Source: the human T2T-CHM13v2.0 reference genome, Homo sapiens
Strand: one strand, 5' to 3'
Assembly (NCBI RefSeq): GCF_009914755.1
Contig: NC_060926.1
Length of the DNA: 64,000 nt
Each line of letters begins with the position of its first letter. Position 1 is the stretch's first letter. Positions 51,065 to 64,000 of the stretch are shown in pieces. The notes under the pieces were generated by a model. That model was not told where the DNA came from, did no database searches, and saw nothing but the letters and a program-made list of their open reading frames with translations. The position numbers were made by a program, and so were the translations under genes.

Positions 51065-51432
51065 CTAAAAGAATCTCATCTGGGGATGAGAGGAGATCTA
51101 CCGCTCTCTATCAAAACAAGATATCCATCCACACTTGGAGAAAGTTGAATAATCAATATAGATAAAAACGAATGTATATAAACATACACCCTATACACTT
51201 AGAAATCCAAGGGAAATTTCCCTCTATTTTTCCTCTCTCAGCTCCTGCTGTGTTACTGATATTTCATTCTTAAAGAAAGCTCCTTTCATATCTTCCAGTT
51301 TTTTTTTAAAAAAAGAGATTTAAATTACATAGGTGGGTGGGAAGAAGTATACCAAACGAAGCTGAACTCAGAAGTTTCTCCAAAAATCTTAATAAAATTA
51401 TTTCATCTCTTCTTTCATAAACTCTCAGGTTC

Positions 51433-51700
51433 TCTTTTTTTTCCTGCGGCAGGGTCTCAGATGCAGTGAGACAATCATGGCTCACTGCAGCCTTGAATTC
51501 CTAGACTCAAACAATCCTCCCGCCTCAACCTCCCAAGTAGCTGGGACTACAGGCATGCACCACCATGCCTGGTTAATTTTTTGGAGACACAGAGTCTCGC
51601 TATATTGCCTAGGCTGGACTTGAACTTCTGGTCTCAAGTGACTCTCCCACGCTGGCCTCCCAAAGCGCTGGGATTACAGGCATGTGCCACTGCGCCCGGC
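51433..51700 (-). mobile_element. AluJ
   Basis: Diverged antisense Alu with TSD tctcaggttc. Confidence 0.88.
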
Positions 51701-52156
51701 CTCTCAGGTTCCATACTAAGTAAAATAAATGTTGTTATGAAAAACCCGGCACTTTATTATTTAATTAAAAAATGGTTTCTTAAAATGTCTTCTATTCAAC
51801 TGTCACTAATAGCAAGAAACAGAACACCTTTTAAAACTGAAAAAAGGTACCCATTATGTCTAACAAGTCTTTGCAATATACTAACATAATTCAATCTTTG
51901 AGCACTGTTCATTCTTTTTATGAAAATAAGAACATGTCTTCAATGACATTAATCAGTGGATAAACATAATCTGATTCAGTAGTTCCCATTTAACAGAGCA
52001 CTAGTCAACTTTCATGTGGGTAGTTTGTACTGCAATAAAGTCATTTGGGTAATGTATACGCTCATTATTTTTATTCCATTCCAATTCCCACTTCTCTAGT
52101 CATGACAACATGCTCTTTCTAAAATACACTTTAAAACTTAATTTTCTATTATTCAT

Positions 52157-52654
52157 TGTGTGTGGTGGGGGAATTTTCCCTTTACCTTTCTGAGTTCTTA
52201 GCTGGGACTGCTCTAACAAGACAGACCAACAAGAGAAAAACAGTTTATTAACATGTATACCTCATGTATACACAGAAGATTATCCAGGGAGAAATAAAAA
52301 CTCTCCAAGAGGGAGCCTAAAACTCCAGCTTACATAGCAACTTCAACTCGAAAGGATGTGAAGGAAGGTTACCACAAAAAGCATGGTAAATAAGAGAAAC
52401 GATTGTTTTGCAGATTTATGTTGTTATCTCTGTTGATAGGAGTCTCTTGCAATTTGGTCATCCTTCTCTTCCCCAGAAAGGGAGACACTCTTACAAATAG
52501 AGATTTCCTTTCTAGGTACACATTTCTCTTACAAAAAGGTAACTTGTGCTGTTTTCAGAGATGATCCTGTATCTGCTGGTTCTCAAAATAACCTGCTCAA
52601 AATAATCATTATGCCAAAGTGGCATATTTAGGGTGGCATATTGTGGTCTCCTAT
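52157..52654 (-). mobile_element. ERV1 solo LTR (MER34-like)
   Basis: Minus strand begins taggagaccacaatatgccaccctaaatatgccactttggcataatgattattttgagc. Confidence 0.7.
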
Positions 52655-52971
52655 AATCAAAAAACCCTCTCACTAGTAGCATCTTAAGAGCATTTTGAGA
52701 AACACAAAAACAATACCTTACTGTGCCATATTTTGAGTTAGGTTGGGGAACCAACTTCATTTCTATTCGAAAATGCAAGAGGTGGTGGAAAAAAAGGAAG
52801 ACTAGGAGGGAGAGAGAGGAGGAGAGAAGAACCTAAAATGTTCTTTAAATCCAATTCAGTTGGGGAGGGAAACAGGAGTGGTACTACATGTATGAAACAA
52901 AAATTTAAGGATTGTCCTCTGTTCTATATCTACTTAATTTTATATTTAAACAAATCTGTAATTGTTATATT

Positions 52972-54636
52972 CAAGGAATCTTCAAAAAGTTCACGGAATA
53001 TGCATTATTATGAAAAAACTATGCAAGAACTTCAAATTTTTTTGTATGAAAATCAACTCTTACTAATTTGTCATAACATACCAGAACAGGATCTAGCTTG
53101 AGGTCCTAAGAGGGATAGGACAGCAGTCTGAAAGGGCCCCTATCAGAGCAATATGAATTATGCTAAAATTGAAGCAAGAACAAATATCAAATTTATGGTA
53201 AAGCTTGTGTAGAAGAAAAGTAAAATCACTGGTGAGTTGTGAAAAGTTTGTGAGGAAAATGCCTCAAAGATATCAACAGTTTACAAATAGATAACTCTTT
53301 TAAAGAAGGCATGAGACAATGTTCAAGATGCCCACAGTGGCAGACCATCCACATCAATTTGTGAGGAAAAAATTTATCTTGTTCATGCCCTAATTGAAGA
53401 TGATTGAGAGTTAATGGCATGAACAATAGCCAATGCCACAATTCTTTTATAATTGGTTCAGTTTACACAATTCTGACTGAAAAATTAAAGCTGAGCAAAC
53501 TTTCCATCCGATGAGTGCCAAAACCATTGCATCCAGATCTGCTGCAGACAAGAACAGAGCTTTCAATGGAAATTTTAAGTAAGTGAGATCAAGATCCTGA
53601 AGCATTTCTTTGAAGAACTGTAACAGGAGATGAAACATGGCTTTACCAGTATGATCCTGAAGATAAAGCACAACCACAATGGCTACCAAGAGAGAGAAGT
53701 GGTCCAGTCAAAGCACAAGCAGACTGGTCAAGAGCAAAGGTTGGCAACAATTTTTTGGGACGCTCAAGGCAGGTTGCTGGTTGACTTTCTGGAACACCAA
53801 AGAACTATCATGAAAAGTTAGCCAAAGCTTTAGCGGAAAAAGGCCCAAAGTTTCATCAGAGACTCCTCATACACTATGTAAATGCCCCTACTTACTCCGC
53901 TCATCAAACAAGGGCAATTTTGAGAGTTTCAATGGGAAATTATTAGGCATCCACCTTATAGACCTGATTTGGCTCCTTCTTACTCCTTTATGTTTCCTAA
54001 TTGATATAGATTGGATATCTGTCCCCTCCAAATCTCATGTTGAAATTTATTCTCCAACATTAGAGTTGGGGCCAAATGGAAGGTGTGGTCATGGGGGCAG
54101 ATCCCTCATGAATGGCTTGGTACATCCCCACAGTAACGAATAAGTTCTCGCTCTATTAGTTCATACAAAAGCTGGCTGTTTAAAAGAATGTAGCACCTTC
54201 TCTCTTTCTCACTCCCTCTCTCGCTATGTGATATGCCAGCTCTCCTTCCCCTTCTGCTATAATTGGAAGTTACCTGAAGCCCTCACCAGAAGCAGATGCT
54301 AGTGCCATGGTTCTTGCACACCCTGCAGAACTGTGAGCCAAATAAATTACCCAGCCTCAGGTATTCTTCTATAGGAACCCAAACAGACTAACACACCAGT
54401 CTTTAAAAATCTGTAGATGGCACCCATTTTTCTTCAGTTACCAATATAAAAAACACTGCATTTGCACAGTTAAATTCCCAGGACCCTCAATTATTTAGGG
54501 ATGGACTAAATGACTGGTATCACTGCTGACAAAAGAAGTACCTTAAATTTGACGGAGCTTATGTTGAGAAAAAAAGTTATTTTTATTTCTATCTTAATTA
54601 ATTCCATTTTTCCACAAACTTTTTGACGTCCCCTCA
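52972..54636 (+). mobile_element. Full-length inactive Hsmar2 mariner transposon, interrupted by an MST LTR
   Basis: TIRs ...tcttcaaaaagttcacggaa / ttccacaaactttttgacgtcccctc-a-ta. Transposase remnant from ATG 53153 (MNYAKIEARTNIKFMVKL...VTGDETWLYQYDPEDK...HPPYRPDLAPS) with stops and frameshifts. Confidence 0.92.
54002..54395 (+). mobile_element. MSTB-like solo LTR inside Hsmar2
   Basis: TGATATAGATTGGATATCTGTCCCCTCCAAATCTCATG...GACTAACACA. The transposase sequence resumes afterwards. Confidence 0.87.
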
Positions 54637-55164
54637 TATTAACTTAAGAAAATGCAACCCCAGATGTTTTATATAAATGGCAAAAGAGATAAAAAAATTT
54701 GTCTTCCCCAGAAACAGAATAAATTTAGTCATTTAAATATCTATTCATAAAAAAATTGTTTCTCTTTCAGAAACACTGGAATAATTTTACATAATTCTGA
54801 TCTACCATGTGGAGAACCACTCAGTAACATTCATTTTTATTTTACTGTATTTCAAAATACTGAGTAAATGTTTGAATTTCTAAAATATTAAAGATACTGT
54901 GCTACTCTTCATGGTGGGTAACAAGAGAAAATAAAACTGTCATTTTCTATACTGGAAAAAATAAAACCTTCTATAACAAAAACAAAAGGAAAGCCGTGGG
55001 AACCAAGCTCTGTGGCGCCATCTTTTGGACTGTACAAATTCTTAACAAAATTCTTTTACATTATTGTAAGAAAAAATTTATTGACCAGAATCAAGCAAGT
55101 ACTATTCCTATGCCTTTTAAGCCCTGTTAGCTCCACGTTATTCTCACACTTCTGTACTAGGGTA

Positions 55165-55567
55165 TGTTAAATAAGCAGAAGCCATTGAACTGAGACTGTC
55201 TCTCTGCACTTTGAGTTCCTTCATAATAAATTGCAACCTTAGTAAGAAAATAAACTGAAACCTAATTTAAGAGTATAGTTTTGTAACAAACAGCCATGTT
55301 TCAGCCAATCATAGGCAGCCAACTGATCAGACCACACCCACAGAGAGTAAATATCTCATCACACCATGCCCAAATAAGGCAAATGCCTTGCGGTAGCCAA
55401 TCAGGTAATTTCTCTAATTTGCTTCCACATTCAACCTATGGAAGCTCACTGCTCATGCTGCAAGGTGGAGCTCTCTCAACCTCTTCTGGTTCTGCATGCT
55501 GCCAGATTCATGAATTGTTCTTTGCTCAGATAAAGTGTTAAATTTGTATGAAGATTTTCTTTTAACA
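55165..55567 (+). mobile_element. ERV1 solo LTR (MER57/MER93-like)
   Basis: TGTTAAA...TTTAACA ends with repeated CCAAT boxes (agccaatc). Confidence 0.65.
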
Positions 55568-55738
55568 GATTAAAAATGTATATATACTAAGCCTACACTA
55601 AGCAATTATGTGTAATACTAAAATTCTACTAAAAATTCTGAAAATAAAGGCTTTCTGAATAACAAACTGTAGTCTGAACACCTTACAAAAATTGTTCCTA
55701 AAGTGAACTCCCCTCCCCCTAGAATCATCATTACCTGA

Positions 55739-56103
<365 letters not shown>

Positions 56104-56288
56104 TAGAATCTGCTTTTTAACAAGCCCTCCAGGTTACTCTGATACAAACTAAAATGTGAAGAACAGTCTTTGGGAGATTTAGAAAAAAGTCACAGGAGAC
56201 ACAACCACACACAAGAACCTGTAGAGCAGTTTTTAACTTTACCTTCACATTGGTAACACCAGGGAGCTTTAAAAATGCCTAGGTCTCA

Positions 56289-56352
56289 TAGCACCACTGC
56301 ACTCCAGCCTGGGCAAAAGAGTGAGACTCCATCTCAAAAAAAAAAAAAAAAA
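56289..56352 (+). mobile_element. Severely 5'-truncated Alu inside a MER5B-like element
   Basis: Last about 45 nt of Alu plus A-tail, with gcctaggtctca duplicated on both sides. Confidence 0.85.
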
Positions 56353-57129
56353 AAGCCTAGGTCTCACTCCACTGTCCACTATCCAATTTAATGATTATGG
56401 GAGATAAGGTAAGCCTAGGCACTGGAATTTTAAAAAGACTCCCAAATAATTCTAAAGTGCAAACAAGGTTGAGCGCCAATGATCTAGAGGATTACATTTT
56501 CAGAAGCTAGAGTTCATAAAACATCTTATATTAAGAAATGCTGGTGTCTTAAGTTTTCTGTTGCTGTAACTGAGTATCTGAGACTGGGCAATTTATAAAG
56601 AAAAGGAATCTATGTCTTACAGCTCTTCTGGAGATTGGGAAAGCCAAGGTTGAAGGGCCATATCTGTCGAGGGCCTTCTTGCTGGTGGGGACTCTCTGCA
56701 GAGCCCTGATCTGGTGAAGGGGCAAGAGCATGCCAAACTGGCTTTTAAAACAGACCCATTCCCATGGTAATTAAACCATTCTTCCTGTGATAACCTATTA
56801 ATCCATGAATGGATCAAACTACTCTACCCTCATGACCCCATCACCTCTTGAAGGCCTCACTTCTTAATACTGTTACATCCAGGATTAAGTTTCAACATGA
56901 GTTTCGGTGGGGACAAATATTCAAACCGTAGCATTCCATCCCTGACCTCCCAAACTCATATCCTTCTCACATACAAATACATTCACTCCAGCTCCATATC
57001 CTCAAAGTATTGTTTCAGCACCAACTCAAAATTCCGAAGTCCAGAGTCCCATCTGTGAAGCCTGTGTAATCAAAACAAGTTATCTACTTCCAAGATACAG
57101 TGGTAGGACAGGTATAGGGTATACATTCC

Positions 57130-57719
57130 TGTAAAAAGTAAAGTAGAGGATCCTCTTCAAAGAGACTTTCCTCCCTGTCTAATTAGGAATAAATAGTAAA
57201 TTCTCTTAGAAGCAAAATTTATTCAAAGACCTGTGCTAACATTCTTAGATATCTGCTAGCCTTAATAAAGAAATCAATGTACTTCGTGTTCTTAGCTCCC
57301 ACATTTAGCCTAAATATTTGCCCTGGCATGCTTATACTGGTCCAAGCAAGCATTAGGTCATAGCCTGTTCCTCTTCCTTATTTGGAGGTGTTTTTACCTT
57401 TCTCAGCATTCCACAAGTTACTTCCTCCTTCCTTTGTTCTCCTCTGCCTTTGCCTCTTTTAGAAAGTTCTAAGTTGCTATCCAATTGGGACAAATACAGA
57501 ATGTGAGGTCCCGTTCCAGCCAATGGAAACCGGACACAGCAGTAGGGTGAACGCGTCAGGTTATAAATTACCCTGTCCCCTTTGTTCGCTGTACTCTTGT
57601 AGCAAAACTGCCGGCAAGTGTACTCTTTCTGCAGAAAGTAAAAATGGCCTGGCTGAGAAAATTAAATTTATGTTCAAGTGCTATTTCTTTGCGGCACCTG
57701 GGAACAAGGATTTCTAACA
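57130..57719 (+). mobile_element. LTR10C-like solo LTR (HERV-I group)
   Basis: TGTAAAAAGTAAAGTAGAGG...TTTCTAACA with perfect 4-bp TSD ttcc. Confidence 0.8.
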
Positions 57720-57926
57720 TTCCCATTCTAAAAGGCAGAAATAGGCCAAAAGAAAGGAGTATCAGGCCTCAATTAAGTCTTTAAAACCCTGAGAAAGAAG
57801 ACATTAACTCTTAAAGCTAGAGAGTAATCTCCATTCCATGTCTGAATCCTGTGCACACTGGGATGGGGTTGGAGAGGTGGGCCCTCAAGGTATCAACCCT
57901 ACTCCTAGAGCTTTCTGGGCTCAACC

Positions 57927-58623
57927 AGTTAAGAGTAGGTAGCTAGGCAGACATGAGCAGGGCAGAGAGCTCCCCCACACCCAGAATGTCAGGTGACCAT
58001 CAAGTGATGGTCAGGTGGTTGTTAAACTATCTCCCTAAAATAACTGGTCGCAGCTGGCAGCAGGGAAAGGCAGTCTCCCAGTAGACAGAAAACACCTGAA
58101 GCTCGTGATCAGCCGCTTCCCATTAAGATCTCAGGAGCTGGGCAAGTGGGCCCAAGCATGTGCATTTAGATGCAAAATTGCAGAGTTTAACTGGTATATA
58201 ACCTTCCTCTAAAAATGTTCAACTTAGCAAGGGGGAAATGCCTCAAATAGCATGCGCACAACTTGAGTAAACACACTGAGCATATGGCCCCTCGAGTGCT
58301 GGCAGGCCACTGCACATGTGGACAGCCCACCCCAAGGAAAAATCAAGGGAGAAGAAACTCAAACCCCGGAACCACGCCAGTGTATAAAACCCCAAGTCAA
58401 GGGCCAAACAGAACACTTGAATCTCTCAAGTTGCTTGCTTGGCCCTCTTCCAAGAATACTTTACATCCTATTGTTCCTGTTCTAAAACTTTTTAATAAAC
58501 TGTCACTCCTGCTCAAAAACTTGCCTTGGTCTCTCACTCTGCCTTATGCCCCTTAGACAAATTCTTTCCTTCAAGGAGGCAAGAATCAAGTTGCTTCAGA
58601 CCTGTACGGATCCACCACTAACA
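57927..58623 (+). mobile_element. MER50-like ERV1 solo LTR
   Basis: gagtaggtagctaggcagacatgagcagggcag...TATAAAA...AATAAA...ACTAACA. Flanks aacc/agcc. Confidence 0.75.
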
Positions 58624-60596
58624 AGCCCACACTTCAGCTCTCTACAGTTGAAGTTGCAAACTGGTGCCATGCTGCCAGTGGGTCAACAGTTCTAGAATCT
58701 CAAGGGCAGCTCTAGCTCTGACCTCACAATTCCACTTGGCATTCTCCAGAATGGACTCTCTGTGGTGGCTCCACCCCTGCAACAAAGCTCTGCCTGACAC
58801 CAGACTGTCTAATATATCCTTTGAAATCTAGGGAGAGGCTCACATGCCTTCCTAGCTCTGCTTTCTGACAGCCTGCAGAATTAGCACCACATGGATGCCA
58901 CCAAGGCTTATGGCTTATATCTTCTGGAGCTGCAGGTCAAGCTGTACCTGGGGCACTTGAGCCATAGCGGGGACAACTGAGGAGCACTGTGCTGGAATTC
59001 TGGGAGCAGAGGCCCAAGCAGCCCCGGGCGGTAAGCTTATAGGGGGAGGCACAAGTCCATCACCCAAAACCATTTGTGCCAGAGCTCTGGGCCTGTGATG
59101 AGAAAGGGAGGCTCAAAGGTCTCGGAAATGCCTTGAGGGTCTTTCTCCCATTGTCTTGATATTCCCTTCCATTAAGTATTACTCTCTTTAGCAAAAATTG
59201 CTGCGCCACACCTTGGTTTCCTCTCCCAAAAAGTTTTTTCACTCTTTACATGGCCAGGCTGAGAGTTTTCCAAATCTTTCTGCTTTCTTTCCCTTTTGAT
59301 TATAAATTTCATCTTCAGTCATTTTTTTCCCTCTCACAGCTTTATGTAAGCTATTAAAAGTAGCCATGCAGCAGCCTGAATGCTTTGCGGATTAGATAGA
59401 TCTTCTTCCAGGCATTCTAATTCACGGCTCTAAATTCCTGAATTCCATAAAGCCCTCAGACATGGACACATCCAGCCAGGTTCTTTGTCACTTTATTACA
59501 AGGATGCTCTTTACTCCAATATCTTGTTCCTCATTTTCATCCGGGTCCTCATCAAAATGGCCATTACTGTCCATATTTCTATTAGCATTCTGCCCATGAC
59601 CACTTAAATAATCTCTAAGAAGTTCCACATTTTCCCCAGCCTTGTCTTCTTCTGAGCCCTCACCAGAATCACCCTTAATGCTCCGTTCACAGCAATACAG
59701 GTTTTTTTCTATCCTGCTCCTCCAAATTCTTTCAAGTGTCTATCCATTACCCAATTCCAAAGCCACTTCCACAATTTCAGGTATTTGTTATTAGCAACAC
59801 TTCTCAGTATCAATTTTCTGTCTCAGTCCATTTTGTGCTACTGTAACAGGATACACAGACTAGGTAACTTATAAAACAAAATTTAAAAACGGGTTTATTT
59901 AGGTGATGGTTCTACAAGCCAGAAAGTTCAAGATTGAGAGGCTGCATCTGGCAGCTTCTAGTGAGGGCCTTATGTTACATGAAAACATGGCAGAGAAATA
60001 GAAGAGGTACCAGGCACATGTAAAAAGCCCAAAACATAGGAAGCAACCTCACTTTACAACAACCTGCTCTCGCAGAAACTAACCATTCCCATAAGAACTA
60101 ACCCAGTCTTGCAAGAAAGATACTAATCCATCTTAACAACATAATCACCTCTTAAAGGCACCACCTCCCAACACCACCACACTGGGAAACAAACCTCAAC
60201 ATGGGTTTTGGTGGGGACAACCCATACTCAAATCACAGAAGTTTGTAAATCAGACATGAAAAGTGTGGCCTTCCAAACCAAGATAAATACAAAACCCCAC
60301 TACTGAAAAAAAAGAGACTGTTCACTTCCAGCCTGTTGTTTACTCTTTCAAAGGCTATACAAGATGTTTATTATTTAGGGTATAATTGTTTAAAAATTTC
60401 TCTATAACTGTATATTCCTAGTTGTTACGAGAAGGCCAAAAAAAAAAAAAGGTAGGATAATCCTTGCCCTTTCCAGACCATCTAATACAGTTGGGAAGAT
60501 GAGATATAAAGTAACAATAAAGTACAAACATCAAATTTAGAGTACAGACTGAAAGCACTGACTCAATGAAAGAAGAAATCACATCTAATTGTAGTG

Positions 60597-61246
60597 TAAG
60601 TTGAGCATCCTGAATCCAAAACTCTGAAATCTGAAATGCTCCAATGAGCATTTCCTTTGAGTATCATGTTGGTGCTCCAAATATTTCAGATTTTGGAACA
60701 TTTCCGATTTCAGATTTTTAGATTTAAGATTTGTTAGATATGAGTTCTAAATTTCTCTTCAAAGAGTCAATGTCAGTATGTTCAATTCTTTGCCTTCTAC
60801 TTTTAAACTTAACTTCCTCATAAAGCAACCTTTTTCGATTACCTGCTCCACCCTGACTCATTCCAATTTACTGCTCTGCCATAACCATTTTTTCTGCCAA
60901 ACCACTCACCCCATCACTCTCTTTAAAGTAGCCAATCAGAATTAGTTTAGCCTGTGCGGTCTAACCCTAGCCAATAGGGGAATGACACAGCAGCACGGGC
61001 CATGTGCATCAGGAATAAGAACTCCTTTGCCTCCCTTGTCCAGGTGTATGCTCACCATTGCTCCATCTGTAAGGGCACACCCTTCTATAGTAGTACATTT
61101 CCTTGCTGAGAATTAAAAACAAAATGTTACATTCGAGTGCTATTTCTTTTGCGGCACTGAAACTTTATTTATAACATATTGTAAATATTCCAAAATCCAA
61201 AACACTCCTCATCCTAAGCATTTCAGACAAGAGATGCTCAATCCAT
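60597..61246. mobile_element. Tigger4/Zombi-type DNA element split by an LTR
   Basis: gttgagcatcctgaatccaaaactctgaaatctgaaatgctccaa ... gagatgctcaatc inverted ends. Confidence 0.75.
60732..61176 (+). mobile_element. LTR10F-like solo LTR
   Basis: TGTTAGATATGAGTTCTAAATTTCTCTTCAAAG...TTTATAACA. Its 3' end is similar to the LTR at 57130-57719. Confidence 0.8.
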
Positions 61247-63245
61247 AATATTTATGGCTATTAAAAAAGAGGGAAGAACTTCAGTCTTTAAGGATGCATG
61301 TGGTTGGGCATACCTGATGGAAGAAAAGACACAATATTTTTAAGGGAGCTGATAAAATATAGTATAAAACAAACTTTCTCAGGGGTTCCTCATCTGAACC
61401 ACAGATCACTGCAAATGATGTAATTATATTCTCAATTCTCCCAAGGATGGTACATAACTAGTACCATTCGAGAAGCACAGGACAGAAATAGGAGCTAATT
61501 TATTACATTCAAGGGATGGCTTAGAGCCCTAGTTCTCAAATTAACATGACTCAGAATTACTTGGAGAGCTTGGCTTGTTCAAACAGACTGCTAGGCCCCA
61601 GCCTCGAGACTGATTCTCTAGGCAAACCCAAGAACATTTTAGGGCACTAAGACTTAATCCTCTGGTGGAGTTCTGGTTAAGAAAGGCTGATATAAAGTAT
61701 ATCTTTATTTGAAAGTTATTTATGTTCTTTAAATACTGAAAACAGAGACCAGTATGAAGAATCAGCAGCATCTTTACTTCATTTATTCAAGACAACATTA
61801 TCTTGATCTGTTTCACTGCAGTCTTTTCTTTTGAAATAAATATTCTTGGTTGTTACATATGAGGAATATATACAAACATTATACCAACCTATACAAGCCC
61901 CAGAACTGAAGAACATGGCCAGTGCATTCAGAAATGATGTGCTAGAGCAATATAATTCTCAGGCTTCTGTAAAAAAAAAATGGAAGTTCTGCCCACTTAT
62001 AGCACCAAAGGGCAGCTTACCAATCCTTTCATATCAGAAGGAGTCTTGAGTTATAACTTTAAGTGATCTCTTGGTCAACTAGACCAAATAGTTACTGAAA
62101 TATTCTCAGTAATATGTCAGCAATATATTTACCATTTCTGATAATATTTTTATTTTATATTTATACTAAATAACGACTTAGTTGGAGAGAAAACTCTTGG
62201 ATCCTAACTACTTCACAACTTCTCAACCCATTGACTTCTGTCACATTGTGTAACAGAGAAATCTGAAGAAATCTGTATATAACGTATATCACTAATCACC
62301 CCATTTACCTTGATTCCTTGGCCTGACTACTCACAGTTAGCTTTTTTTTCTTAAGGCTTATAATTTTAAAAAATTTACCTGAGCTTTTATCTAGGTATGG
62401 GTCTCTTTTCACTTATCTGAAATTTCGTGTTTCCTTTAATTATACATATCTGAGTTTGGGAGTATTTGTTTTTACTTAAAGTCTTATTTCATTATATCTG
62501 ATCATCATTTCTGTTCCAAGTATCTGATTTACTTTCAGTGGAGTACTTATCACTCCTTTGTTGGGTTCCCAGTAACTTTCTTTCATAGTCATTACCTCAA
62601 AACATTCATTTTCATCACTTATATATTTTTTTGAATGCTTTGTGAGAGTTTCTCAAGTTTGTTCTCCACAGATACTTCACTATCTGTAATATTAAATTCA
62701 TCTCTTTCTAATCTACTGCCATTAAAATAAAATGTCAGCTTTGCTACTGTGTATTAGTTCCCAGTCATCCTCCCTGTTTCCTGTTTCCCTTTTTCAACTT
62801 GTAGCCCTTTCATCTGAGTTTGCTCTCTCCTTATGGGATTTCTTTCCTGTTTTAATGGGGTCACATTTATTTTTACATGCTGTTGGGTATGCCCATTGTT
62901 TTTGTCTTCATTTTTTCCTGGTTTCTTTCACATTCACAGGGCAGCTCTTCCTTCAATGCTTCAGATTCTTTCCCTTCCTCTTACTCTGCAGTACTTTTTG
63001 CAGAGAGCTTTCCTTTTCCCCAGGTTAAAGCACAACCAACCCACGCTCAGTTTCTGCCAAGCAGAGGTACAGATCACCCTTGCTAGTAGAATCCCTTCCC
63101 AAAATGATGTGCAAGATCTAAGCAATTCCCGGTCCTTATTTAGGGTGGTTCTACTAGAACAAAGGGGGAACTTCCTGTATTCCAAATAGTTAAGTTCCTT
63201 AAAACACTGAACAGGTGGAATTTCAAAAATTCCACCTTTTGGCCT

Positions 63246-63306
63246 CATACTACCTACCTACCTAGGCTCTACCTACCTGGGCCCTACCTACCTATGTCCT
63301 ACCTAT
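63246..63306. repeat. (CCTA)n-like simple repeat
   Basis: tacctacctacctaggctctacctacctgggccctacctacctatgtcctaccta. Confidence 0.8.
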
Positions 63307-64000
63307 TGTCACGGCTCAGGATATGCTACCCCAAACTACGGCCACTTGGAGGCCACTGTGACCTCCCCCCGCCTTTCTGTGGGACAGCTGGCCGTAAAGA
63401 AGTTCTCTAACCTACCTCTTCTGAAAGTATGTCTTTTTGTTTTGTTTTGTTTTTTGAGACAGAGTCTCACTCTGTCACCCAGGCTGGAGTGCAGTGGCAT
63501 GATCTCAGCTCACTATAACCTCCCGGGTTCAAGCAATTCTCGTGCCTCAGCCTCCCCAGTCACTGAGATTACTGGTGCACACCATCACACCCAACTGATT
63601 TTTGTAGTTTTAGTAGAGATGGGGTTTCGCCATGTTGCCCAAGCTGGTCTCGAACTCCTAGCCTCAAGCGATTTACCCACCTCAGCCTCCCAAAGTGCTA
63701 GGATTACAGGCATCAGCCACGACACCCGGACTTGAAAGTCATTAAACCCTCATGTGACAAGGGCCCCATCCTATACCTGGAGGAAAGGAATGTTACACAC
63801 AGAGGCCAAGAAGAATCTCAACAAACAAGCCTACCTAAGTTCCCCCATTTATTACTACTGAATAATACCGTTTTTGTCCAATCATACTTCTATATGACTG
63901 TCCATTGTTCACTGAACTTACACACAAAAACAGTTTTTCCTGGATCTGTGGGTCTTTGGGTCTTCTTTTCTGAAGGCTCCCATGTCATGTAAAACTTTGA
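63307..64000 (+). mobile_element. ERV1 LTR (MER34/MER39-like) running off the window, with an antisense Alu at 63435-63731
   Basis: TGTCACGGCTCAGGATATGCTACCCCAAA start. The Alu is flanked by tgaaagt. Confidence 0.6.

Larger units (their letters stand above)
56545..60240 (-). mobile_element. MaLR (MST-family) provirus: LTR 56545-56933, internal region, LTR 59819-60240
   Basis: Two antisense MST-type LTRs flank MaLR-internal sequence. PPT complement ttccatccctgacctccc lies next to the 3' LTR. Confidence 0.82.

Noticed and set aside
53153-54575. Domesticated transposase gene
   Set aside because: Multiple stops and frameshifts plus an LTR insertion.

Overview
Primate (most likely human) genomic DNA lying entirely inside the HIBCH gene (3-hydroxyisobutyryl-CoA hydrolase, crotonase family), transcribed on the minus strand. 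Five coding exons with canonical AG/GT boundaries are present at 38752-38830, 29746-29891, 27224-27310, 23738-23796 and 22471-22552. They probably correspond to exons 7-11 and total 453 nt (151 codons) with phase 0 at both ends; the flanking exons lie outside the window. The rest is intron, dominated by transposable elements: four L1PA copies, old L1M/L2 fragments, about 25 Alus, many solo LTRs, a HERV-L remnant, a nested MaLR provirus, a full-length dead Hsmar2 mariner and Tigger/MER/MADE1 DNA elements. Repeat subfamily names and exon numbers come from recalled sequences, not from a search. I found no evidence of a new protein-coding system. The best leads are RNA-processing and retrotransposition features: an AG|GTAAG recursive-splice-type site at 50624/50623; a frame-symmetric 453-nt exon block bracketed by inverted L1/Alu repeats, which would give a stop-free circRNA ORF; three Alus at one target site, one apparently carrying a 3' transduction; an L1 lacking ORF1 whose antisense promoter points down the HIBCH gene; candidate poison exons; and a small A-tailed double-hairpin element.
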